From: Spirochaetales bacterium
GTDB lineage: Bacteria; Spirochaetota; Spirochaetia; JABEVK01
Assembly: GCA_037142615.1 (NCBI GenBank)
Contig: JBAXAI010000003.1
Location: forward strand, 1-64,000
Length of the DNA stretch: 64,000 nucleotides
Reading direction: 5' to 3'
Every line of letters begins with the position of its first letter. Position 1 is the stretch's first letter. Below are positions 55,715 to 64,000 of this stretch, one piece after another. Under the pieces are notes generated by a model. That model did not search any database. It was not told the DNA's origin and saw only the letters and a list, made by a program, of their open reading frames with translations. The translations under genes were made by a program, and so were the position numbers.

Positions 55715-55929
55715 GAGAACACTATGACTTTCGAGGTGCAGAGCGTGGCAAGTTCACAGTGCCCCGCGACCAACTCAGGATTCCCGTGTATCTTGACCCC
55801 GAAGTTAGCCAAGGTCTGAGGGAGTTGCTCCCTACGTTCGAAATGGGACTGGAAGAAACCGTGAACGAACTCCTGCGTCGAGAGCTTGAGAGCCTGCGCC
55901 AGAAAACCCCCAAGTCGACTGGTACCTGA
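55711..55929 (+). CDS. BrnA-like antitoxin
   Basis: MREHYDFRGAERGKF...IPVYLD...VNELLR; ATGA overlap with the toxin. Confidence 0.82.
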   Translation: MREHYDFRGAERGKFTVPRDQLRIPVYLDPEVSQGLRELLPTFEMGLEETVNELLRRELESLRQKTPKSTGT

Positions 55930-56009
55930 CCGCGCCCAAGCTGTTGAACTTGGGCCAATCCCGCAAGCAAAACCTCGTCAACCTCCGTTAGCTCAGGTAC
56001 AATGGAGGC

Positions 56010-56615
56010 ATGAGGAACATGGGAATCCCCGTACGAAAGTTTGACCAGCACTACACCTACCGCGACTACCGCCAATGGACCGGCGAGCGATGGGAACTCA
56101 TCCACGGCGTGGCCTACAACATGAGCCCGGCACCAAGGATTCCGCATCAAGGGGTGTCGGGCGAGATCTTTGGGCAGCTGCGGGATTTTCTCAAAGGGCA
56201 ACACTGCACGCCTTTCCACGCGTCCGTCGATGTGTTTTTCCCTCCGCTGCGCGAAATGGAGGAGGACGACGTGGACACCGTGGTGCAACCCGACGTCCTG
56301 GTGGTCTGCGACAAAACCAAGATCCGCAACAACGGCATTTGGGGTGCGCCGGACCTCGTGGTCGAGATTCTGAGCAAGTCGACCAGCCGCAAAGACCAGC
56401 ACGAAAAGTTCGACCTGTACGAGCGCGGTGGCGTGCGCGAGTACTGGATCGTCGACCCGAACGGCCAGTGGATCCAGCAGTACGTCCGCGAGGGGAACGG
56501 CAAGTTCGGTGTCGAGGTGACCTTCGAAAAGACCGGTCGCGTGGCCAGCGCCGTACTACCCGGCTTCGAACTAGACGTCGACGAAGTCTTCGCCGCGGGG
56601 CAACTTCCCGCATGA
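56010..56615 (+). CDS. Uma2 family endonuclease
   Basis: RWELIHG, MSPAP..HQ, VVQPDV, GAPDLVVEILS, GVREYWIVDP. Confidence 0.92.
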   Translation: MRNMGIPVRKFDQHYTYRDYRQWTGERWELIHGVAYNMSPAPRIPHQGVSGEIFGQLRDFLKGQHCTPFHASVDVFFPPLREMEEDDVDTVVQPDVLVVCDKTKIRNNGIWGAPDLVVEILSKSTSRKDQHEKFDLYERGGVREYWIVDPNGQWIQQYVREGNGKFGVEVTFEKTGRVASAVLPGFELDVDEVFAAGQLPA

Positions 56616-56620
56616 GCGGC

Positions 56621-56674
56621 CCGGCCACGCGCCTGCGGCGCTTAGGCCCGGGCACGCGCCTTCGGCGCTTAGCC
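56621..56674. repeat. 27-bp tandem repeat x2, each copy with a gcgcc-NNN-ggcgc hairpin
   Basis: ccggccacgcgcctgcggcgcttaggc / ccgggcacgcgccttcggcgcttagcc (24/27 identical). Confidence 0.8.
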
Positions 56675-56850
56675 CCACACTTTCCGGGCAAGCCCGAAAA
56701 GTGTCCCCACGCGTAAGGTGCCTGGAGGGCGAGGCGCTCGCCAGAGGCGAACGTCCGGTTCCTGGGGGACGCCGCCCTGCGGCTTACCCCAGAACGGAAC
56801 CCCGGAAGGGACCGGCCCCGGCGACGTCGGCCTGCGGCCGCCTTACGCCC

Positions 56851-56879
56851 ACAGGTCTCGGCCGCTGGCCGAGACCTGT
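56851..56879. repeat. perfect 13-bp REP-like palindrome
   Basis: acaggtctcggcc-gct-ggccgagacctgt. Confidence 0.8.
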
Positions 56880-56899
56880 CATATGCCAACAATGCGGCC

Positions 56900-57036
56900 C
56901 GGCGACAACAGGAACGCGGGTCTGGCCTTGGGGTGGCAGGTAGACCGGCTGCGCTGAGCATTCTCTTCGCATGCTCAGCGCGGTCGGACTACCTGACAGG
57001 ACCCCTGACCCCGATGATGCGTTCCTGGTGTCGCCG
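56900..57036 (+). other. 137-nt long hairpin with central bubble (candidate ncRNA or REPIN/MITE)
   Basis: Outer stem cggcgacaacaggaacgc/gcgttcctggtgtcgccg; inner stem tggcaggtagaccggctgcgctgagcat/atgctcagcgcggtcggactacctgaca. Confidence 0.55.
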
Positions 57037-57045
57037 CGACCAACC

Positions 57046-57074
57046 TTGACCGGGGACACGCCCTTCGGTACAAT
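57046..57074 (+). promoter_or_regulatory. sigma70-type promoter
   Basis: TTGACC-N17-TACAAT. Confidence 0.7.
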
Positions 57075-57099
57075 GGGCTTCCGCATCCAAGGAGTCGCC

Positions 57100-57264
57100 A
57101 TGTCGAAAGCCCACCGGGGAAAACCCCTTCGTGAAACCCCCAACAGCAGCCGGGGTACTTGCCCCAGTTGCAGCCGCACCGCCATCAAGGTCGTGTACGA
57201 GCTTGAAGTCGCAGGTGCCAAGACCAAGGTCTGCAAGCAGTGCAAGGCCAAGGCGAAGGCCTAA
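57100..57264 (+). CDS. small basic zinc-ribbon protein (54 aa)
   Basis: AAGGAG RBS; MSKAHRGK...RGTCPSC...KVCKQC with two CxxC pairs. Confidence 0.75.
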   Translation: MSKAHRGKPLRETPNSSRGTCPSCSRTAIKVVYELEVAGAKTKVCKQCKAKAKA

Positions 57265-58178
57265 ACCCAGCGCATCGTCTCGTCCGCGAGCTGTCCCGGA
57301 TCCTTCTGGGCAAGGACGAGCTTCTGCGGCGCGTGGCCCTGGCCGTTTTGGTCGGCGGCCATGTGCTCATCGAGGACGTTCCCGGGGTGGGCAAAACCAC
57401 ACTGGCGAAAGGCCTCGCTGCGGTGTTGGGCGCCAAGTTCCGCCGCATTCAATTTACCCCCGACCTGCTTCCGTACGACATCACGGGGTTTGATGTGTTC
57501 CACCCCGAAACCCGGCAGTTTGAGTTCCACCCAGGGCCGATCTTCGCGCAGGTGGTGCTGGCCGACGAAATCAACCGCGCCACGCCCAAGGTTCAGGCGG
57601 CCCTGCTCGAGGTGATGGAAGAACACCAGGTGACCAGCGGTTCGGTGACCCGGCCGATGGAACCGTTCTTTTTGGTGCTGGCCACGCAGAACCCGTTTGG
57701 CACCGAGGGCACCTACCCTCTGCCGTCGGCCCAGCTCGACCGCTTCTTTTTGCGCCTGTCGGTGGGCTACCCCGATTCGGCGTCCGAACGGGCGGTGTGG
57801 TTGCAAGACCCGGGCCACCACCTTTCGACGCTGGTTCAACCGTCGGTCAGTGTGGACGAATTGCTGGAACTGCGGCAGGGCTTGGATACGGTGCACGTGT
57901 CTGAAAAACTGCTGAACCTGATCGAAGCGGTGATTGGCCGGACCCGCAACCATCCGTCGGTGCTGCTGGGCCTGAGCCCCCGCGCCGGTGTGCACCTGGT
58001 GAAGGCCGTGCGCGCCTGGGCCTGGCTAGCGGGACGCGACTTTGCCACCGCGCGCGATGTCGCCGAGATCGCCGTAGACGTGCTGGCGCATCGGTTGCAG
58101 CTTCGCGACTTGGGCCTGAGCGCTCAAGCCGTGCTGCAAACCGTGCTCGACGAGGAGTTGGCACGCCATGAAGCGTGA
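57240..58178 (+). CDS. MoxR family AAA+ ATPase (start uncertain)
   Basis: EDVPGVGKTT, RIQFTPDLLPYDITG, LADEINRATPKVQAALLE, ATQNP, AQLDRF. Confidence 0.92.
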   Translation: MQGQGEGLNPAHRLVRELSRILLGKDELLRRVALAVLVGGHVLIEDVPGVGKTTLAKGLAAVLGAKFRRIQFTPDLLPYDITGFDVFHPETRQFEFHPGPIFAQVVLADEINRATPKVQAALLEVMEEHQVTSGSVTRPMEPFFLVLATQNPFGTEGTYPLPSAQLDRFFLRLSVGYPDSASERAVWLQDPGHHLSTLVQPSVSVDELLELRQGLDTVHVSEKLLNLIEAVIGRTRNHPSVLLGLSPRAGVHLVKAVRAWAWLAGRDFATARDVAEIAVDVLAHRLQLRDLGLSAQAVLQTVLDEELARHEA

Positions 58179-59252
58179 TCCGGGGGCCAAGCGGTTCCCG
58201 CTGACCCTCACCGGCGCCGGTTTTTTTTTGCCTCGTCGGTCCTGCTGACCGTCGGCTTTGTCCACGGGGAGCTCGCCACCCTGCTGTGGGGCGCGTTGTT
58301 CGCCTTTCTGGTCGTTTACACCGCCAGTGTTTCGCTGCTGCTCCGTCTCCGCGTTCCTGATTTGGTGGTCGAACAGGTGTTGCCGGCCGCCCATTCGGGT
58401 GAACCGACGAGACTTTCGTGGCGCTCGGGCTTGCCGGTGACGCCGCCTTTGTTCGTTTGGTCGGTGAGCGTGGTGGCCCGCCATGGGGCGCACCGCAAGG
58501 CCGTCGGCCGGTTTGACCTGGCTGCGGGGGCCTGCTCGTGGGAACTTTTGCGGGGGACCTACCAGACGACGGCCCGCCTGGAACTTCGCGACCTGTGGGG
58601 GCTGACCCTCTGGCGTCCCCGCGCCCGCTTCGACCTGACGATCAAGGTGCTCCCCGCGAAGTTTGCGTCGGCGGTGCCCCTGCCGACCGCGCGTCCCACC
58701 GACCTGACCGGTCCGCGCCAAGCGGTGCGCCGCTCGGGTGAGGCCTTCGACGTGCGGCCGTATCAGCCGGGTGACGACTTGCGCCGCCTTCACTGGCCCT
58801 TGTGGGCGCACTCGGGGCAAACGTGGCTGCGAATCCCCGACCTGACTCCACCCCCGACAGGCCTGAGCGTGTGGCTGGTCGATCTCAGCGTCCCGGCTTC
58901 GACACCGGATCCCGAGGCGGTGCTCGACCTTCGGGCTGGGAGCCTGGCGTTCTGGCTTCAGCCTGGCGAGGCGTGGACTCTGCAAGTGCCAGCGCTGGGC
59001 TTGGCTTGCAGCAATCCCGGCGAGTTGGGCAACTTCCTGGCGGCGCTGACGCCGAGTCAGGACGCACCTGACCCGGGCGAGCGCTGGCTTGGGAGCCTGC
59101 CGCCGGAAGTGCTTGTGGTGACAGGAGAGGGCAGTCCGGGTCTAGAAGCGTTGCGGAGGCTGCTCGAGCCCCGCACGCGGGTTCGGCCGGTGCTGGTTCC
59201 CCTGCCTTCGCCGATCGTGCTGGCCCGGCCTCGCTGGTGGGAGCGCCGATGA
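58168..59252 (+). CDS. DUF58 protein interrupted by a frameshift in a T9 tract (58221-58229)
   Basis: GAGGAG RBS with ATG 58168 reads to a stop at 58246; one extra T joins it to the frame carrying DLWGL and RPYQPGDDLRRLHW. Confidence 0.8.
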
Positions 59253-61324
59253 CAACCCTTCTGCGTCTGGCTTCGCTGGGCTTTCTGGCGTGGAACTACG
59301 GCCTCTACTTTCCCGGGTTGGTCAATCCGGTAGCCCTGGTCGCGATCGCCGCAGCGGCGCTGGCGGGGGGCCTTTTTACGTCGCGGACCCGAGCGTGGGT
59401 GGCGGCGTTGGCGTCCGTTGCCGTGTGGCTGGGGCTCCGCTTGCTCTTGGTCGGTGTGCCGCAAGCGCTTTCGTCGTTTTCGGCAACGCCCTTGCCTTGG
59501 GATACTTGGCCCCTGGCGGCCGACCGCCATCTCGTGTTCGCCTTGCCGGTGGTGGCGCTGGGTTGGTTTGAGGGCTGGTGGTTCCGACCCGGCCGCTCCT
59601 CGCCGGCCAGGGAACGGTTGGTTCACGCCCTCGTGCTGGTGGCGTTGTTCTGGGCCCAGGGGCCTTTCCACCTCACGCTGTACTCGTCACCGTTCCTGTT
59701 CGGGCTGGTCCTTTTGCCGTATTTGGCCGTCGAGGCCTACTTGCTGATTCCTGAAGCCAGGCTCGTGGCTCGGCGAACCTTGGCCTCGGTCGCGGGCGTG
59801 CTGCTGCTCGTGCTGGCCGTCGTCGCGGTGCTGTGGAGCCTGTTCGGCAAGTACGAGGAGCTCTCGACAGCGTCGGGAGGGGGCCTGATGAAGCCCGACC
59901 TGTTCCAGTTTGACTTTTCACCGTTGATACGGCTCGAAACGCAGATCTCGCTGAGCGACCACTTGGTGCTACTTTACCGCGAACCCGGGCCAGGCACCAA
60001 GCGGTATTTGCGCCGTTTCGTCTTGTCGGGCTACGACCCGGCCAAGGGGTTCTTTGTCGACCCACCGGCCGGGGGTGGCGAAACCGCGCTTCCTCCTGTG
60101 GGGCACAAAGCTCTCACTTTCCCGAACAATGAAAGCTTGCCGGGGCGACAACTCGTTACGCAGGAATACTTTCTGGTGAACCTGGACCCTGCGTCGCTGC
60201 TTGCGCTCAACGCGCCGGTGCGGTTGCAACCGTACGCCCGCTGGAACAAGTCGTCGTTCGTGAATGCCTACAAGGTCGAGTCTCGCGTGGCTGGCGACCT
60301 GTACTGGGAACTCGGCGACGAACCCGGCGACGGCTTGAACGACGCCGAGAGGCAGCACGACTTGCGCTGGGGCGACGATGCCGAACTCCGGGAGCTGGCC
60401 CTCAGCATTACCGCCCACGCCGAAACGCCCTACGAAAAAGCGCTGGCGGTGCAGAACTACCTCAAGGACAATTTCCTGTATTCGCTCAAGCCAGGCGAGC
60501 CGGGACCCGAGGGGGCGCTGAAGCACTTCTTGTTCCAGTCGAAGAAGGGCTATTGCTCCTACTTTGCGTTTTCGATGGCGCTGCTCTTGCGAAGCGTGGG
60601 GGTCCCGGCCCGGGTGAGCGTTGGGTTTTTGACCAATCCCGACGAAAAAGTGCTCGACTTTTACCCTGTGAGGGCCTTCCAGGCTCACGCCTGGGTCGAG
60701 GTACCGTTTGGCACCTACGGCTGGGTCGACTTTGACCCCACCAGCGAAAACTTAGCGCCGGGGGAAGGACTGACCTCGCCCAAGGGGATGGATCCCGACG
60801 AAATGACCCGCATGATCGCCGAGATTCTCAAGGCCCAGCCGGTGCCGCTCACGGAAACTCCTTCGGAAGCGGTTTCGGCCCAACCCGAGTGGAGCGTGGG
60901 GGCGGCAATGGATTGGGGGCGTCGTTTTGGAGGCCTGCTGCTGTTGACGCTCCTGCTGCTGGCTCAGGAGTTCTACCGGCAGCGCTTCCGCGCCAAGGCT
61001 TGGTTCGCGCCACCCCGGCAAAAAGCCGAACTCGCGTGGCGCCACCTGCGCTGGAAGGCCCTGCAGGTCGGGTTGGGCCCACAGGCCGCCGAGACCCCAG
61101 GCCAGTGGGCCGACCGTGTCGACTTGGCTCAGGGTTGGGTGCAAGGGCTCGAACGCGCACGCTACTCTGCCGAGTTTTCACCAGCCGAGGCGAAACTCGC
61201 TTGGTCGGAGCTTCCGGCGATCACGAGGGAGTTGGCCCTCCGCGGAAGGAATCTTCGTTGGGGCCGCGCGCGGTTGGTCGCGATGGTCGTGTTCCCGTGG
61301 TGGCCGCATCGGAGGCCACGTTGA
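59249..61324 (+). CDS. membrane transglutaminase-like domain protein
   Basis: Multi-TM N-terminus; GYCSYFA, GVPARV, HAWVEV and DFDPT (Cys-His-Asp triad). Confidence 0.9.
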   Translation: MTTLLRLASLGFLAWNYGLYFPGLVNPVALVAIAAAALAGGLFTSRTRAWVAALASVAVWLGLRLLLVGVPQALSSFSATPLPWDTWPLAADRHLVFALPVVALGWFEGWWFRPGRSSPARERLVHALVLVALFWAQGPFHLTLYSSPFLFGLVLLPYLAVEAYLLIPEARLVARRTLASVAGVLLLVLAVVAVLWSLFGKYEELSTASGGGLMKPDLFQFDFSPLIRLETQISLSDHLVLLYREPGPGTKRYLRRFVLSGYDPAKGFFVDPPAGGGETALPPVGHKALTFPNNESLPGRQLVTQEYFLVNLDPASLLALNAPVRLQPYARWNKSSFVNAYKVESRVAGDLYWELGDEPGDGLNDAERQHDLRWGDDAELRELALSITAHAETPYEKALAVQNYLKDNFLYSLKPGEPGPEGALKHFLFQSKKGYCSYFAFSMALLLRSVGVPARVSVGFLTNPDEKVLDFYPVRAFQAHAWVEVPFGTYGWVDFDPTSENLAPGEGLTSPKGMDPDEMTRMIAEILKAQPVPLTETPSEAVSAQPEWSVGAAMDWGRRFGGLLLLTLLLLAQEFYRQRFRAKAWFAPPRQKAELAWRHLRWKALQVGLGPQAAETPGQWADRVDLAQGWVQGLERARYSAEFSPAEAKLAWSELPAITRELALRGRNLRWGRARLVAMVVFPWWPHRRPR

Positions 61325-63117
61325 AGTGGCTGGGTTGGGCGCTCGCTTGCCTGCTGCTCAGCGCGACCTCAGTTGGGGGACAGACCTCACTCGGGGAGCA
61401 GACCCCGGGGCCCCAGACCTCGGCCGACCTCTTGTTACTGGGGCAACAGGCCGAAAGGGCCGAAAACTACCAGCAGGCCATCGCCGACTACCAGCGGGCG
61501 GCCGAGCTCGACCCGAAGTCGCCAGAACCGCCCCGGGCCTTGGCCCTGCTGTATGCGTCGCAGAACCTTCAGCGCTTGGCGCTTCCGGCCTGGGAGGCTG
61601 TGCTGGCGAAAACCCCCGACGATCGTGATTCCTGGATCGAAGTGGCCCAGACTCACGGCTACCTGAACGAAGACCACGAGGCGGTGGTGGTCTACGAGGA
61701 GGCGCTGCGTCGTTTCCCGGCCGACCTGGACTTGGCGCAGGCTTTGGCGTGGATGTTGTTCAAGACCGAGGACTTTCAGCGGGGCATCACGTTGCTCGAG
61801 TCGATGTTGAAGTCCCAGGCGACCACCGCCGGCGTCGAAATGATTCTCGGCACGCTCTACTCGAGCCAATTCAGCGAGGCCCAGGCCCGGGTGCACTACC
61901 TGCAGTCCATCGCGCTGACCACGGGCAACTCGTTGACCGAGAAGGTTTTCCGTTCTATCGCCTGGTACAACCTCAGCCTTCTCGACAAGGACTTTTACCA
62001 CTTTGAGGCCTCGCGGGACGACCTGAAGCAGTCGATTCTCCAACAGGAACGCGCCTCGAACCACCTCGCGATGGGCGAGCTCGAACAGGAGGCGCTCCAG
62101 GAAAAGGCCGCACGCCAGTCGTACACCAAGGCTCTCGAGACTGACGACACGCCCCTGAGCCTGTTCGATCTGGCCAAGCTGGAGCAGCTTTTTGGCCATT
62201 TGAACGACGCGAAGTCGAGGGCCACCGAGGTCGCCAACTTCCGCGACGAAACGTGGATCTTCAATTTCGGCGTCACCAAAGAGAAGTTTCTGCGCGACCA
62301 GGAAGAGCTTGCGGCCGACATTCATCACGCGGCGTGGTTGCTGCTGGATTTTCAGGCCCGCACCACCGTGTGGGACTGGTTCGTCTGGGCTTGGAACAAG
62401 ACCTCGGAAGGCCTGCAGTGGTACTACCACGACCAGAATTGGAAGAACCTGCTGGTGAAGACCGGAAATACCTCGCTCCAAGTGCGCAATTCGCCCGAGG
62501 CCTGGGTCAACCTTACCCTGGCACACCGCGACCTGCCAGGGCTCGGCCTCAAGTACCTGTCGCTGAGCCGCCAGCACGAACTGCCGCGCAACCCGCTGTC
62601 ACAGCCGAGCTATCAGCTCGAAGAGGGTCTGCTCGCGGGCGACGAAAAACTGCTCGAACGAGCGCTGAAACAACTTCAAACGCCGGGCGAAAACGCCGAT
62701 CGGGCCCGAGGACTGGCGAAACTTGTCGAACTCCGCCGGGGTCGGGGCGCTGAAGTCGCCGCACGGCAGGCGCTTTCCGACCTGTTTGCCATCGGAGCCG
62801 GCCTCATGCCCGCTCAGGGTCTGGCACTTCCGGTTCGCTCGCTTTGGTTTGGGGCCGACGCGACCCAACTCGAACAATGGCGCCGGGCCGAGTCCGACTA
62901 CGCCAGCCAGAGTCACTGGGACATCAGTGGCGCCAGCCGTCCGGGTGTGGTGTACGACCTCGACATCCAGGTGTTTTCGAAAGATTCCCGCCAACTGTTT
63001 TGGACGCTCCGCGATGCGACAGGGGCCCCGAAAAAATCGGGCCGTGTCGAGTATGACCCCCAAACGAAAATGGAGGCTCTCGCCTCCATCCTCCTGCAAG
63101 TTCACACTTCGGACTGA
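61321..63117 (+). CDS. exported tetratricopeptide repeat protein
   Basis: TTGA overlap, signal-peptide-like N-terminus, repeated A...Y..A..LDP/FP TPR units. Confidence 0.82.
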   Translation: MKWLGWALACLLLSATSVGGQTSLGEQTPGPQTSADLLLLGQQAERAENYQQAIADYQRAAELDPKSPEPPRALALLYASQNLQRLALPAWEAVLAKTPDDRDSWIEVAQTHGYLNEDHEAVVVYEEALRRFPADLDLAQALAWMLFKTEDFQRGITLLESMLKSQATTAGVEMILGTLYSSQFSEAQARVHYLQSIALTTGNSLTEKVFRSIAWYNLSLLDKDFYHFEASRDDLKQSILQQERASNHLAMGELEQEALQEKAARQSYTKALETDDTPLSLFDLAKLEQLFGHLNDAKSRATEVANFRDETWIFNFGVTKEKFLRDQEELAADIHHAAWLLLDFQARTTVWDWFVWAWNKTSEGLQWYYHDQNWKNLLVKTGNTSLQVRNSPEAWVNLTLAHRDLPGLGLKYLSLSRQHELPRNPLSQPSYQLEEGLLAGDEKLLERALKQLQTPGENADRARGLAKLVELRRGRGAEVAARQALSDLFAIGAGLMPAQGLALPVRSLWFGADATQLEQWRRAESDYASQSHWDISGASRPGVVYDLDIQVFSKDSRQLFWTLRDATGAPKKSGRVEYDPQTKMEALASILLQVHTSD

Positions 63118-63139
63118 GCGACACTCGCCGGAACGCGGC

Positions 63140-64000
63140 CTACGACTTCTTGAGCACCACCAGCGAAATATCATCGGTGAAGAACCCGCCGTGTTTCTTG
63201 AGGTCACCCCCGGCGGCGTGGCGTCGCAGGTTGTCGAGCAGGCCCGCGATGATGTCGGCAGGCGCCTTGTCGGCGTGCTCGGCCATCGAGTTCTTGATGC
63301 CGTCGAGCCCGAACATGGTCCCGTTGGCGTTCTTGGCCTCGCTGACCCCGTCGGAGTACAAAATGAACAGATCGCCGGGCTTCAGGCTGAACTCGACCAG
63401 CGACTGCGCCGAGACGGCGAACTCCGACAGGCCCATGTACCCGGCGCGCCCCGAAAGCCCGGGAATCTCTTCAAACTCGCCCTTTTCGCGGCGGAAAATC
63501 ACCGTTACCAGGTGCGAACCCACCCCCTGAATCTTTCCGTTCTTTTCGAAGAAGTAGTTCTGGGTCATAAACTTGTCGCTGCCGATGCGGTCACGGTTGA
63601 GCGTACAAAGCACGCGGTTCACCGAATCGAACACCTGGTCGAGCGGTAGGGGCTTGCCCAACACCTTGCTCGCGTCGAGGGCACCGTGCAAGGCCGCAAT
63701 CGAAATCACGGCCATCATGCCGGCGGGCAGCCCGTGGCCCGAAACGTCGCCGATGCCGAAGTAGTTGCCAAACGGCGTGGGCAGAAAGTCGAACACGTCG
63801 CCGCCGACTTCCGAGGCTGTTTCCATGAACGAGCCGACTTCGTAGCCGTCCATGACGATGTTCTTGGGAAGGATGGCCGTTTGAAGGTCCTTGGCAATGT
63901 TCATTTCGCCCTGCAGGCGGTTGCGCTCCCGCTGCACTTCCTTGCCGCTGATCAAGGCAAAAATCGTCGCCAGGTTTTCGGCAAGTTCGAACAGAACACC
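63140..64000 (-). CDS. SpoIIE-like PP2C phosphatase (5' part outside the window)
   Basis: EVGGDVFD, IGDVSGHGLPAG, YSDGVSEA, DDISLVV. Confidence 0.9.
   Translation of the reverse strand, partial: GVLFELAENLATIFALISGKEVQRERNRLQGEMNIAKDLQTAILPKNIVMDGYEVGSFMETASEVGGDVFDFLPTPFGNYFGIGDVSGHGLPAGMMAVISIAALHGALDASKVLGKPLPLDQVFDSVNRVLCTLNRDRIGSDKFMTQNYFFEKNGKIQGVGSHLVTVIFRREKGEFEEIPGLSGRAGYMGLSEFAVSAQSLVEFSLKPGDLFILYSDGVSEAKNANGTMFGLDGIKNSMAEHADKAPADIIAGLLDNLRRHAAGGDLKKHGGFFTDDISLVVLKKS

Noticed and set aside
56791-56820. SRP RNA suggested by ccggaagg
   Set aside because: The conserved SRP helix-8 context (CAGG..GGAAG..AGCAG) is absent
1-64000. CRISPR array, prophage or integron integrase
   Set aside because: No regularly spaced repeat-spacer array, phage structural genes or tyrosine recombinase was seen
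1-64000. Second (remote) DGR variable repeat in this window
   Set aside because: No other ORF ends in a WSSS...VRAVRAF-like segment, and no further copy of the TR 3' sequence was seen by eye; a genome-wide search is still needed

Overview
GC-rich bacterial chromosomal window, probably from a free-living spirochaete. That assignment is an inference from an OmpL47-like Ig-repeat protein, the small MSKAHRGK zinc-ribbon protein and the DUF1566-type DGR target. Left to right it contains: tRNA-fMet; an operon-like run of FAD monooxygenase, type III PKS, methyltransferase, crtI, crtB, lycopene cyclase and hisC; a SHOCT/two-component operon; a second CAT tRNA (probably Ile2) next to a broken MNT-HEPN module; MFS, YcaQ-like, DEAD helicase and cyclase genes; a split pyruvate dehydrogenase cluster; an NqrA-less nqrBCDEF operon; signalling genes; and an ABC-2 exporter. 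A ~9 kb accessory island follows (47.7-57.0 kb), then a MoxR-DUF58-transglutaminase-TPR operon with a poly-T frameshift. The main finding lies in the island: a complete, apparently intact diversity-generating retroelement (target-avd-TR-RT, minus strand). Its template repeat (52073-52183) and variable repeat (52762-52872) differ at 22 of 111 positions, all at TR adenines. The diversified target is a signal-peptide-bearing caspase-family protease with a coiled coil, a PEGA domain and a C-terminal hypervariable DUF1566/C-type-lectin-like domain. The DGR sits among three type II TA pairs, an Rpn nuclease with a candidate intragenic antitoxin, a Uma2 nuclease, and a RAYT transposase whose REP-like motif punctuates gene boundaries. 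All protein family calls come from motif recognition by eye, not database searches.
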